The notes: generated by a model from the sequence alone, not told the origin. 33,928 nucleotides of DNA from Nanobdellota archaeon (GCA_043805315.1 JAZDID010000009.1:1-33928); one strand, 5' to 3'; positions 7,965 through 19,159 are shown, counted from the first letter of the stretch. A program made the numbers and translations.

Positions 7965-8726
7965 ATGGGTACTCCAGACCTCGGCGAGCACTTCCTGATC
8001 GACAAGAAAGTTATTGCATTCATCATCGACAATGCAGCATTACAGCCGTCTGACGTCGTGCTTGAGATCGGCCCGGGAAGGGGAGCATTGACCTTTGAAC
8101 TCGCAAAGCACTGCCAAGTTATTGCGGTCGAGATCTCTGACGAGCACTACGACCGCTTGAAGGAAGAGATCAAGAAAAGAGGCACACGGAATGTCACACT
8201 CGTCAACGCGAACATCCTCGACATCATCGACACGCTGCAGTTCACGAAGATCGTCGCAAATATCCCGTACAGCATCTCTGAACCCCTCTTTTACCAGCTC
8301 GCGAAAAAAGATTTCCAGTCAGGGATCATCACGTGCGGAGAGAACTTTTATCAAGTCCTGAAAGGGAAGACAAAGACAGGAATCCTCTTTGCAGCCAGTT
8401 ACGATGTGGAAAAGATAAAAGAGCTCAAGAAAACAGCGTTCTACCCTCCACCGAAAACCAATTCCTGCATCATCTGCGTGAGGAAAAAAAGCAAACCAAC
8501 ACCAAAAGAGCTGTTGCTCCAGCACTTGCTCAGGCTGGACCAGAAGAAAATACAGAACGCACTGGAAAAGATCTTTGAAAACGCGTTGACAAAAAAAGAG
8601 CTCGCACAAAAAATCCGCGAATATGCTGGCGGAGAGAAGAAGAAAGCAGGAATGTTCAGCAAAAAACTCCAGGCGCTCTCGAACAATGAGATGAACTTCC
8701 TGCTGGATTTCCTCGAGCAGAAATGA
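7965..8726 (+). CDS. ksgA: 16S rRNA adenine dimethyltransferase KsgA/Dim1
   Basis: LGEHFL, VLEIGPGRGALT, IVANIPYSIS, FYPPPK. Confidence 0.92.
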   Translation: MGTPDLGEHFLIDKKVIAFIIDNAALQPSDVVLEIGPGRGALTFELAKHCQVIAVEISDEHYDRLKEEIKKRGTRNVTLVNANILDIIDTLQFTKIVANIPYSISEPLFYQLAKKDFQSGIITCGENFYQVLKGKTKTGILFAASYDVEKIKELKKTAFYPPPKTNSCIICVRKKSKPTPKELLLQHLLRLDQKKIQNALEKIFENALTKKELAQKIREYAGGEKKKAGMFSKKLQALSNNEMNFLLDFLEQK

Positions 8727-9824
8727 TCATCTTGCCTGAAGCTTCTGCACCATGCGGAACTTCTTGTTCCGGTGCTTTTCATGGATCTCATACAATGCCA
8801 CAATGAACAGGCTCTCAGCCCACCCTAAGGGATTGTTCTCATTATGCTTCGGCGAATTCGAGAAATACAGTTCAGGCACTCCTTGTGGCGTTATGATCTC
8901 AAGGGCTTTTTTCTCATACAACTCCGATTTCTTCCTGTTGCCGAGCATCTTGTAAATGATGGCAAGCCAGGAAAAGCCGAACGTCCACTCAGCCTCCTCA
9001 CTCCGCTTGTCAGGATTCCTATTGTAATACCAGTCATTCCGATAGCGGATAAGCCCTCTGCTCTTGACCAAATGGTACTCGACATTCTCCAGTATGTCCT
9101 TTCTCTGCTGCGCACTAACCACATCGTACGGCCAGATCAATGACAGCAAAGCCAGATCAACAAAGCGCTCCTGAGATTCCCGAGGCAGAAGATAGTGTAA
9201 TGTCCGCACGCCATGGTCAATCAGCTCCTGCGGCACGTCAATGTCAGCATGACGTTTCAGCATACGCAATCCTGCAACGCACGCACCCACAGAAGACGCG
9301 TGAACCTCCTCATCATTCTCCCACATACCATTGTCTGCATCGCACCAGTAATGGATGCTTTCCAAATACCGAACAAGTTTCTGAACAATCCTCTGCTCAT
9401 CTTCACCCTCGATGATGCTGTGTTTTTTCACGCCTTCAAGCTCGCCGATCTTGAACAGGATTGCACCGATGGAGTCATTCTGCTTGTTCCCCCAGTCCTC
9501 CCAGTACTCGTCAAAGGTCTTGGGATGATAGCGGGGGTGGATGTACTCGAAGCTATGCACCGGCTTGTGGCTGATCGCGGCATCGATCTTGAATTCATGC
9601 CTGAGGAAAATTTTCAGGATGGTCTTATACGTATGCAGGACTGTCTCGAAATCTCCGATGACCTCAAAGGCGAGGCATTCATAGAAATTGTCACGCAGCC
9701 AGGCCTTGTCATAGCCGGTAGAGACACTCTTTTTTGAAGCGGCAAACAAGCCAGATTCATATTCAAGGCTTTTCAGGATACGCACGTGCTGCTGGATGAG
9801 CTTTTTATAGCTTAATCGTGGCAT
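8727..9824 (-). CDS. Glycoside hydrolase family 15-like (alpha/alpha)6 protein (glucoamylase / phosphorylase-kinase-regulatory-like)
   Basis: AWLRDN, QNDSIG, GMWE, SSVGA, GLIRY..D.Y, VPELY, PLGWAES motifs. Start at MPRLSY (9824) preferred. Confidence 0.8.
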   Translation of the reverse strand: MPRLSYKKLIQQHVRILKSLEYESGLFAASKKSVSTGYDKAWLRDNFYECLAFEVIGDFETVLHTYKTILKIFLRHEFKIDAAISHKPVHSFEYIHPRYHPKTFDEYWEDWGNKQNDSIGAILFKIGELEGVKKHSIIEGEDEQRIVQKLVRYLESIHYWCDADNGMWENDEEVHASSVGACVAGLRMLKRHADIDVPQELIDHGVRTLHYLLPRESQERFVDLALLSLIWPYDVVSAQQRKDILENVEYHLVKSRGLIRYRNDWYYNRNPDKRSEEAEWTFGFSWLAIIYKMLGNRKKSELYEKKALEIITPQGVPELYFSNSPKHNENNPLGWAESLFIVALYEIHEKHRNKKFRMVQKLQAR

Positions 9825-9947
9825 GATGAAGACCATTGAGTGAAAATTTAAATAGTTTACGGAAAACACGCCATGAAGAGATGCAATCCATCCAAAACTA
9901 TATAAATCCGGGCTAATTCGAGTGCTTTGTTCGGGAGGTCATTGCGC

Positions 9948-10046
9948 ATGAACAAGAAAGTGATCGTGATATCGTTTCTCATCCTGCTCGCTATCTTCCT
10001 CCTGTTCCAGCTCATACAGCTGTACGTGCTGAAAACGCGGCTTTGA
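9948..10046 (+). CDS. 32-aa single-TM small protein (not in ORF track)
   Basis: MNKKVIVISFLILLAIFLLFQLIQLYVLKTRL; GGAGGT RBS; TATATAAA box near 9899. Confidence 0.65.
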   Translation: MNKKVIVISFLILLAIFLLFQLIQLYVLKTRL

Positions 10047-10076
10047 GGATGAGAGGATCCTCTGTTAGGTGATAGC

Positions 10077-11573
10077 ATGGAAGAACGAAAAGAAGACATT
10101 GCAGAAACGCCTGAGAATCCTGATGAGCAAGAAGATTATCCTCTCATTGATGAGATAGGAAATATGGCTGAAGAAGGCGCAGACCAGGAAGGAGTCCTGC
10201 CAATAGCTGAAGAGGACACACGGGAAGAATTTGAAAACAGCTCCCAAAAAGAAAAAGAAATCAAGAGAAGCAGAAAACTACGGCTTCAAAAAGGAGAAAT
10301 TAAGGAAAAAATCAAGGCAACTCCTGTAAAACCCCCAGTTCGCAAAACCGCAAGAAAAAACATTGCCCAAAAAAAGGACAGGCCAGGAGAAGAAAGAGCG
10401 CAGAAAAAAAATGTTCCTTCCCCTGATGTACCAAGAAAGAATATAGAGTCTGGTTTTGGCCTTCTGGACAAGATCATCATCATCATCGCAATCCTTATCA
10501 TCATCTTTGGCATCACAGGTCTGGTTCTTATCAATTCCATAGAGAAGAAGCTTTCAGACAACGGCCTGAAACCTACCTCGCCAGCGACAGTTGAAAAGGG
10601 GCAGGTAAGCCTGTACTACATCAATTATTCAGGATGCCAGGAATGTGACAGAGACATCGCCGCATTCAAAAGCCAGCTTGAGGCCCAAAACCTCATTGTG
10701 AAGGATGAAAAGTATTATGATTATGAAAACGATAAAGGAGTTGAGCTTCTCCAATCCTCAAAAATAACGCATATTCCTGCATTCCTCATCAGAGGAGATA
10801 TCGACAACCTCTCACTCGACAACTTCGCACGCACAGATGACACGTTGGTCCAGCAAGACATCCCTGCGCCATACTATGACCTTGAGCAACGCAAGATCAT
10901 CGGAAGGGTAACAGCCATCAATCTTATCGACTCGAGCTGTAAGGAGTGCATGGATCTTAGCATCCTCTTAACGCAGCTCAGGGGCATCGGCATCGACCTG
11001 TACGAGAACATGACTATCGACATCACCACCACTGAAGGAAAACGCTTGCTAAGCAAGTACACTATCGAGAAAGTGCCTACAGTACTCCTAGATAAAGAAG
11101 CAGGAGTCTATCCTGCACTTACAGCCGGCTGGTCCCAGATCGGCAGCATTGAAGAGGATGGCATGTATGTATTACGGAATGTCACCCCTCCGTACAAGAA
11201 TATGAAAACAGGCAGCATTGAAGGCCTTGTCCGAGTGACCTATCTCATTGACAAGAGCTGTGTAACTTGCTATAATGTCACGCTCCATAAAGCAGTTCTC
11301 GTCGGAAGACTCGGCCTCAAGATCGACAAGGAACAAACTGTTGACATCGCTGAAACAGACGGGCAAAACCTCATCAAGAGCTATGCCATCACTGCAGTCC
11401 CCACAATCATCGTCTCTTCAGACGCTTCTGTCTATGCTGTGTTTTCCCAAATCTGGAACATCATCGGCACACAAGAGAAGGACGGCAGCTTTGTCTTTCG
11501 AAACATGGCAGCCCTAAACAACCAGGTCTATAAGAACCTGACCAATAATGAAACAGTGAACTCCCTTTCCTAA
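10077..11573 (+). CDS. Membrane-anchored protein with three thioredoxin-like CxxC repeats
   Basis: Charged N-terminus, one TM, then repeats with CQEC/CKEC/CVTC, each followed by G..L...I..(I/V)P(A/T). Confidence 0.8.
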   Translation: MEERKEDIAETPENPDEQEDYPLIDEIGNMAEEGADQEGVLPIAEEDTREEFENSSQKEKEIKRSRKLRLQKGEIKEKIKATPVKPPVRKTARKNIAQKKDRPGEERAQKKNVPSPDVPRKNIESGFGLLDKIIIIIAILIIIFGITGLVLINSIEKKLSDNGLKPTSPATVEKGQVSLYYINYSGCQECDRDIAAFKSQLEAQNLIVKDEKYYDYENDKGVELLQSSKITHIPAFLIRGDIDNLSLDNFARTDDTLVQQDIPAPYYDLEQRKIIGRVTAINLIDSSCKECMDLSILLTQLRGIGIDLYENMTIDITTTEGKRLLSKYTIEKVPTVLLDKEAGVYPALTAGWSQIGSIEEDGMYVLRNVTPPYKNMKTGSIEGLVRVTYLIDKSCVTCYNVTLHKAVLVGRLGLKIDKEQTVDIAETDGQNLIKSYAITAVPTIIVSSDASVYAVFSQIWNIIGTQEKDGSFVFRNMAALNNQVYKNLTNNETVNSLS

Positions 11574-11681
11574 TAACGACATTCTTTTAAAAAAAAATCG
11601 TGTTTTACTCAATCGTGATGACAAAAGATTTAAATATGTAGTTTACACTTTCAGTATAAAATTTCATATTGGGGTGATACA

Positions 11682-12026
11682 ATGGCATCAAATAGCTCTA
11701 GTTGGTTTTTTGTGATCGGCGTTGTACTCGCAGTGATCGCAGGGATCATCAAGTGGGCAGTGCCCTGGACAACATTTCCAGCATGGCTCAGCTTCATCTT
11801 GATCATCTTAGGTCTTCTTGTCGGTTTTTTTAATATTACCGGAAAAGAAGCGCATGGATTCCTGATTGCAGGAACTATCATGGTCTTGATACCATACTTG
11901 GCAGGCAATGTCTTCACGGGCCTGTATTTTGTCCCTGACATCCTCGCTGCGCTCTTAATGCTGTTCACGCCGGCAGTGATTATCACAGCCATCAAGGAAG
12001 TTTGGGGAATGGCAAAGGGCAAGTGA
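11682..12026 (+). CDS. Hypothetical 4-TM membrane protein
   Basis: 114 aa, hydrophobic, LGLLVGFFNIT.KE..FL; GGGGTGA RBS. Confidence 0.8.
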   Translation: MASNSSSWFFVIGVVLAVIAGIIKWAVPWTTFPAWLSFILIILGLLVGFFNITGKEAHGFLIAGTIMVLIPYLAGNVFTGLYFVPDILAALLMLFTPAVIITAIKEVWGMAKGK

Positions 12027-12032
12027 ACAAGA

Positions 12033-12070
12033 CTTTTTTTATTTTTTTTATTTTTCTTTTTATGTTTTTC
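12033..12070 (+). terminator. T-rich archaeal-type terminator
   Basis: Long oligo-T tracts right after the stop at 12026. Confidence 0.5.
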
Positions 12071-12105
12071 ATAAGTTTTAAATACGATGTTCTCTCCTCA
12101 GCACT

Positions 12106-12522
12106 ATGGCGCAGAAGAAAACAGTCATGGTGTTCGGCTCATTCGACGTGCTTCATCCCGGGCATCTTAACCTTTTCCGCCAGGCGAAAAAGCTCGGAGG
12201 TGAGCTCATCGTGGTCATAGCCAGGGATACAACCATAGAACAGATAAAGAAGAAGAAACCTGTATTCCCTGAAAAGACCAGGAAACAAAACCTGCTCAGC
12301 AGCCTCTACAGCAGCAGGGTGGTTCTTGGGAATAAAAAGAACAAGCACCAGGTCATCCTCCAATACAAGCCAGATGTCATTGCCCTCGGCTATGATCAGA
12401 CGCACTTTGTCCAGGGGTTAAGAGAACTGATACAACAGAACAAGCTCCACACAACCATCATCCGGCTCAAACCCTATAGGAAAGACATATACAAAAGCAC
12501 AAAACTCGCAAAAGGGCAGTGA
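12106..12522 (+). CDS. ribL: FAD synthase / cytidylyltransferase family
   Basis: VMVFGSFDVLHPGH, VVIARD, KPDVIALGYDQ. Confidence 0.85.
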   Translation: MAQKKTVMVFGSFDVLHPGHLNLFRQAKKLGGELIVVIARDTTIEQIKKKKPVFPEKTRKQNLLSSLYSSRVVLGNKKNKHQVILQYKPDVIALGYDQTHFVQGLRELIQQNKLHTTIIRLKPYRKDIYKSTKLAKGQ

Positions 12523-12544
12523 TCATATTTTAATGGCACCCCCT

Positions 12545-12759
12545 TGCCTCTGAGATATAGTGTGACTGCATTCCTCTGCACTATACCCTGCTCTCAGGAT
12601 TCTTTCAGAGAAAAGAGCATTTCAGATAGATAAACCTGAAAAATTCAAAAGTTGAACATCCTCATGTCATCTCAAACTGGATGTTGACAGAGTTATTGAA
12701 AGGAGCCAACCCCTTAAAATCAGTTGGTTTGACCACTTTAAGGAGTGTCCTGTGAGGCA
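12545..12759 (+). ncRNA. Candidate multi-branch structured RNA
   Basis: TGCCTC/GAGGCA closing stem around 6-7 short hairpins; G-T wobbles favour the + strand; no ORF. Confidence 0.3.
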
Positions 12760-12869
12760 GACATCAGTATAGAAATCTTTCAGAATGAATATTATGACAT
12801 CAGGTTAGAAAAAAGGAAAGAGCGGATTTTTTTAAACTTGGGATAAATTTTATGTAAAAATACAAAGTG

Positions 12870-13036
12870 ACAGCGTTTAACACCTCGTGAATCTGATATC
12901 ATTACGCCGTTTATAATATCAGAAACGAAAGCAGCACTTTTCACATCGACGACAAAGAGATATCACCTACCAGAATTCATATCATAAAACGGTTAATGAT
13001 ATCGAATTCGAAGAATATATATACTCTAGTATACAT
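12870..13036. repeat. Dyad-symmetric repeat unit 1
   Basis: Starts ACAGCGTTTAACACC; arms GATATCATTA/TAATGATATC are symmetric about TCGaCGA (centre 12949). Confidence 0.92.
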
Positions 13037-13173
13037 GTGGTATGGAAATTTTTCGGAACTATCACATTCATCATATTTTTTCTCGATAATAGACTGTAAA
13101 CATATATATTGAAGGATATGAATATGAGTTTATTCCGGAAATTTCGAAAAAAATCCGATCATTAAGATTTATC

Positions 13174-13340
13174 ACAGCGTTTAACACCTCGTGAATCTGA
13201 TATCATTACGCCGTTTATAATATCAGAAACGAAAGCGACACTTTTCACATCGACGACAAAGAGATATCACCTACCAGAATTCATATCATAAAACGGCTAA
13301 TGGGCATGAATTCAAGTTATATATGTTGTCAAGTATACAT
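13174..13340. repeat. Dyad-symmetric repeat unit 2
   Basis: 120 of the first 122 nt identical to unit 1; gapless similarity continues to AGTATACAT. Confidence 0.92.
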
Positions 13341-13436
13341 ATTGATCATTTTCAACTTTGCAATATGTGATTTTGTCCCAATTGTGCGACAGAAAAATCA
13401 TGAAATAAGAAAAAAGTGAGGAATTCGCGCCATTGA

Positions 13437-13597
13437 ACAGCGTTTAACACCCCTCGAATCTGATATCATTACGGCGTTTATCATGTAAATTATGAAATCA
13501 TGAAAAATATCCTCGTCGATTATGATTTGTATGCCTTGCGAATTTATATTATAAACGGGTTAATGACTTTAAATTCGCTTAAAGTATATTGTGAAAT
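13437..13597. repeat. Dyad-symmetric repeat unit 3 (diverged)
   Basis: Aligns without gaps to units 1 and 2; arms and central TCGtCGA (centre 13516) conserved, intervening bases diverged. Confidence 0.85.
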
Positions 13598-13679
13598 GTG
13601 TGTTTTATAGTATCTAAATATGATAATGAAAAATGAAGATAATAAAGAAAATAAAAAAAATATGAGAAATAATGATTGT

Positions 13680-15637
<1,958 letters not shown>

Positions 15638-15726
15638 GTGATCACCTAGTTGTCTATGTTTTTCTTTGTTTTAAAGGGGAATTAAGAGGGATTTTTAAGC
15701 TTTTCTTTAAAAAGAGTGCCGATGCC

Positions 15727-16197
15727 TCATCGTATCTTCTTCCTGTCCTGTTTCTGAGAGATGAGCTTGTGCAATTCCTCCTCAAAGCTCTGCAGGTCTG
15801 AGAACTCACGATAGACGCTCGCGAACCTAATGTATGCCACTTTGTCCAGCTGCTTGAGCTTGTTCATCACCAGCTCGCCGATGGTCCTGCTGGCTATCTC
15901 AGTAGACTTCATACCTTTGATCTTCTGCTCAATGCTCTCGACGACCTGATCAATCTGCTCGTTCGTGACCTGCCGTTTCTCGCAGGCTTTCAGGATTCCC
16001 TGCTTAATCTTGACTTTGTCAAAATGCTGGCGTGAACCATCCTTCTTGATGACAACGATGCTGATGACCTCGACCTTCTCATAGGTGGTGAAGCGCTTCT
16101 TGCATTTGAGGCATTCCCTTCTCCTGCGCACTTCAGCGCCCTGATCCCTAGAATCGATGACCTGGGTCTCTGCAAAGGAACAGTAGGGGCAGTTCAT
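15727..16197 (-). CDS. nrdR: Transcriptional repressor NrdR
   Basis: CPYC..VIDSR..RRRRECLKCKKRFTTYE Zn ribbon, ATP cone, VAYIRFASVYREF. Confidence 0.96.
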   Translation of the reverse strand: MNCPYCSFAETQVIDSRDQGAEVRRRRECLKCKKRFTTYEKVEVISIVVIKKDGSRQHFDKVKIKQGILKACEKRQVTNEQIDQVVESIEQKIKGMKSTEIASRTIGELVMNKLKQLDKVAYIRFASVYREFSDLQSFEEELHKLISQKQDRKKIR

Positions 16198-16397
16198 TTT
16201 TTCTTCAGGGTTATGCCAGAAACAGGGCAGTTTTCTGCAACTTCCTTGGCAGGTGGATATTCTTTTTCTGAAATAGACTCTTTCTTTGCCTGGGCTTTGC
16301 CATCATCTCCGAGCATAAACAGGTCAGGAGAACTGTTCTCGCACATGCCGCAGCCAATGCATTCCTTCTTGTTGATGATAATTGTATATTCAGCCAT
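16194..16397 (-). CDS. Monocluster ferredoxin
   Basis: CIGCGMC...CPVSGI; ATGA overlap with nrdR. Confidence 0.92.
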   Translation of the reverse strand: MAEYTIIINKKECIGCGMCENSSPDLFMLGDDGKAQAKKESISEKEYPPAKEVAENCPVSGITLKKK

Positions 16398-16564
16398 ATA
16401 CAGCATCCCTTTATTATGCAGAGTCTTTGCTTAGTTAATAAATTTTACTATTACCGGAAAATTTTCAGAGAAAGCGCGGGTATAAAAAATTATTCCGTGT
16501 TTGACAGAAATTTTGCACAGAAAAACCAGCTAGGCATATAAACGTAGGCAGCATAGCTTCATTC

Positions 16565-17227
16565 ATGATTAAAGATTACCCTCGTGCAGAGCTTCCCAGA
16601 GAAAAACTCGTGCGCCTTGGTCCGGAGAGCCTGGCAAGCTCAGAGCTCATCGCCCTTATCCTGAAGACAGGCACACGAGGGAATGACATACTCAAATGCT
16701 CCCGACAGCTCATTTGCACGCGCACACTTCAAGAGGTAAGCCAGATGTCTCTCCCTGAGCTCAGCACACAGTTAGGCAAGGTAAAGGCAATGCAGCTTGT
16801 CGCGGCATTCGAGCTCGGAAAAAGGGTTCAGATGCAAGAACAGGCCAGCCAGGTGCATATTCAGACCAGCGAGGATGTCTTGCGGCTGCTCCAATCCCGG
16901 CTGCTGGACAAGAAGAAAGAGCACTTTTTCGGATTGTACCTGGATGCACGGCTGAACCTGATAAAGCTCGAGCTCCTGTTCATCGGAACACTCAACAGCT
17001 CGCTCGTTCACCCCCGTGAGATTTTCTACCAGGCAATCAAAGAATGCGCGTCGAGCATCATCCTCTGCCATAACCATCCTTCAGGAAACCCTGAGCCGAG
17101 CGATGAAGACACGCGCATGACACGGCAGCTCATGGACGCAAGCAGGATCATGGGCATCGACATCCTCGATCATGTGATCATCGCAGGCAAGAATTACTTG
17201 AGCATGAAAGAAGCTGGTTTATTATGA
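16565..17227 (+). CDS. radC: RadC / JAB-domain protein (UPF0758)
   Basis: PREKL, ELIALIL.TG, VHPREIF, HNHPSGNPEPS.ED, LDHVII. Confidence 0.95.
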   Translation: MIKDYPRAELPREKLVRLGPESLASSELIALILKTGTRGNDILKCSRQLICTRTLQEVSQMSLPELSTQLGKVKAMQLVAAFELGKRVQMQEQASQVHIQTSEDVLRLLQSRLLDKKKEHFFGLYLDARLNLIKLELLFIGTLNSSLVHPREIFYQAIKECASSIILCHNHPSGNPEPSDEDTRMTRQLMDASRIMGIDILDHVIIAGKNYLSMKEAGLL

Positions 17228-17229
17228 AC

Positions 17230-17823
17230 TCACTTCCAAAGGTCATGGTCAAGGCTATACCTGTCGCCGCCGAGAAGCAGGATGCACAGCGTGATGCCGA
17301 TCAAGAGGATGATAGCAAAGATATCTGCTGCAGGGAAGAGGAGCAGGCTGATGAGATAGAAAAGGACAAGATAGGCGATGATGCGCGTGAACAAGCCGAA
17401 GACAAGCAGGAGCGCGAGAAGGATCTTGAGGATTGCCCAGCCATAGCCGAGGACTGAAGGTGCAAAATCCAGTGCAGAGACAAGAAGGAAAATGGCTATC
17501 AAAAGCCGGAGGATGACGCTCACATAGCTCTCATGCGCTTTGAATTTCGCCAGCAATTCCTTGTAAAAAGACCTGTTCTGCCATTTCGAGAACAAGAATC
17601 CTGAGACAAGAATGAAGACAAGCACTAAAATGACCAATGCATTCGGCCCGACCTGGTCTTGCATGGCATTGCCGGCCAGTTGGGACACTTCTCCAGATTC
17701 CTCAGTAGTGCTCTGCACAAAAAAACCAGTGTAAGAGATATCTGCGGTGAGAAGATAGCTGCTCGCGCCTATGCCAACAAGAAGCAATGCGAATAAGAGA
17801 TATTTGACTGCACTGCACACCAT
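17230..17823 (-). CDS. Membrane protein with DoxX-like C-terminal part
   Basis: ILRLLIAIF, LLVFGLFTR, GGDRYSLD. Start moved to ATG 17823 with GGAGGT RBS; the longer ORF overlaps the NAD kinase gene. Confidence 0.7.
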   Translation of the reverse strand: MVCSAVKYLLFALLLVGIGASSYLLTADISYTGFFVQSTTEESGEVSQLAGNAMQDQVGPNALVILVLVFILVSGFLFSKWQNRSFYKELLAKFKAHESYVSVILRLLIAIFLLVSALDFAPSVLGYGWAILKILLALLLVFGLFTRIIAYLVLFYLISLLLFPAADIFAIILLIGITLCILLLGGDRYSLDHDLWK

Positions 17824-17928
17824 GATAACCTCCTGACAAAATACTATCTTTTCTGGAATGTGCCGGTTTAAATAGTTATTGAAAAAAATATAAGAAGATT
17901 TAAATAACACGATCAGCAACACTCCGGC

Positions 17929-18819
17929 ATGGATATCGTCGTCATCTACAAGAAGAGCATGTACGAGCTCTACTACCTGGACAAGACACACAGCAGCGGC
18001 TTGCGGAAAAACATCAGCCAACACAAGGCATTCTGCGCCTGTTTAAGAAAAAGCCACGAGCAACACCAGAAAACGCTTGCGCGCGTCGAGCAAGCACTCA
18101 AGAAAAAAGGGTTGGCCTACAAAAAAATTTGGCGGGGAGCAATCATCAAAGACATCCATGCAGACCTGGTCATCTGCGTGGGCGGCGACGGCACGCTGCT
18201 GAACGCAAGCCACTTCCTGAAAAAAGGCGAGCTCTTCCTCGTGAATTCTGACCCCGGACAGAGCGAGTCATTCTACAGCTCATGCACAAAGGATGACTTT
18301 GAGAAAAAGCTCGGGCTGTACCTGACAGGAAGGTTGCACAAGACAAAGATACACCGACTTGAAATCATCCTGGACAACAAGGAACTCAAAGAGTTCGCGC
18401 TGAATGACCTGCTCATCGCGCACTGCAATCCGGCAGTCATCTCCCGCTACAGCATCAAAGTAGGAACAGTGAAGGAAGAGCAGAAAAGCTCTGGCATATG
18501 GATAGCAGCGCCAGGAGGGACAACAGCAGCCATCCAATCAGCAGGAGGCAGGCCTCTGCCAATCACAGCCAGGAAATTCGAGTATCTTGTCCGCGAGCTC
18601 TACCATGGAAAGAACAGGCTGAGATTGGTGAATGGAATCCTGAATGAAGGTGAAGAGCTTTCATTGACGTCAAAGATGCGCAAGGGAAAGATCTTCATTG
18701 ATGGCAGATACGTCTGGTATGACTTCCCCTTGTTCTCAACAGTACAGGTGAGGCTGGCCAAAGAGCCCATCACTGTGCTCGGGTTTGAGGAGAAGAAGCG
18801 GAAGAGATACGTGCTCTAG
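17929..18819 (+). CDS. NAD(H) kinase
   Basis: VGGDGTLL, ALND, SSGIWIA..GG.TAA..SAGG. Confidence 0.92.
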   Translation: MDIVVIYKKSMYELYYLDKTHSSGLRKNISQHKAFCACLRKSHEQHQKTLARVEQALKKKGLAYKKIWRGAIIKDIHADLVICVGGDGTLLNASHFLKKGELFLVNSDPGQSESFYSSCTKDDFEKKLGLYLTGRLHKTKIHRLEIILDNKELKEFALNDLLIAHCNPAVISRYSIKVGTVKEEQKSSGIWIAAPGGTTAAIQSAGGRPLPITARKFEYLVRELYHGKNRLRLVNGILNEGEELSLTSKMRKGKIFIDGRYVWYDFPLFSTVQVRLAKEPITVLGFEEKKRKRYVL

Positions 18820-18912
18820 ACTGCATGATCGATCAGAGATAGCTCTTCAGGAAAAGATACTACGGTGCCCTGAAAAGCGAGAACGAGCCGCTGTTGATGG
18901 ATAACCATATAA

Positions 18913-19113
18913 ATGCCTGTTGTTTTTCAGAAGCATATGAAAAAAGATGGCGTGTTCAAGCTGGTCGGGCTTTTCCTGATCATTCTTTTGATCCTGAACT
19001 TCATCTTCTTTATCTTTGGAAAGGTCAGGCCTCTGCTGTTCTGGATGATCATCATCCTTACCGCTATCCTTTCCTTTGTATTGAAGTGGGCGAACAGGAA
19101 GGCAAAAAAATAA
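18913..19113 (+). CDS. Small 2-TM membrane protein
   Basis: Two hydrophobic helices with basic termini; alternative start at 18937. Confidence 0.65.
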   Translation: MPVVFQKHMKKDGVFKLVGLFLIILLILNFIFFIFGKVRPLLFWMIIILTAILSFVLKWANRKAKK

Positions 19114-19159
19114 ATAACTATAAAAACCTGCAGCAATAGAGTGATGAAAAGGTGAGCGT

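Noticed and set aside
7248-7998. ORFs 7248-7991(-), 7333-7530(-) and 7780-7998(+)
   Set aside because: They run across tRNA-His and the palindromic element; similarity to ORFs near 31.4-31.7 kb just reflects the DNA repeat.
13010-13335. NrdR boxes in the ATATATAT tracts
   Set aside because: They fit acaCwAtATaTwGtgt poorly (C/G spacing wrong) and no nrd gene follows.
12870-13597. CRISPR array or integron attC array
   Set aside because: Units are ~140-166 bp with 100-140-bp gaps, far from CRISPR geometry, and there are no cas genes. GTTTAAC/GTTAAAC resembles an attC core but lies outside the inverted arms, with no cassette ORFs or integrase.
12523-13679. Canonical archaeal oriC
   Set aside because: No ORB consensus (TCCA..GAAA with G-string) and no adjacent orc1/cdc6. 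A non-canonical origin remains only a hypothesis.
15640-15726. CIRCE element upstream of groES
   Set aside because: Only a half-site (GGCACTC on the minus strand); no matching inverted half at 9-bp spacing.
16565-17227. radC as a marker of a mobile element or prophage
   Set aside because: Full-length chromosomal type with N-terminal PREKL/HhH region; no integrase, att sites or phage genes nearby.
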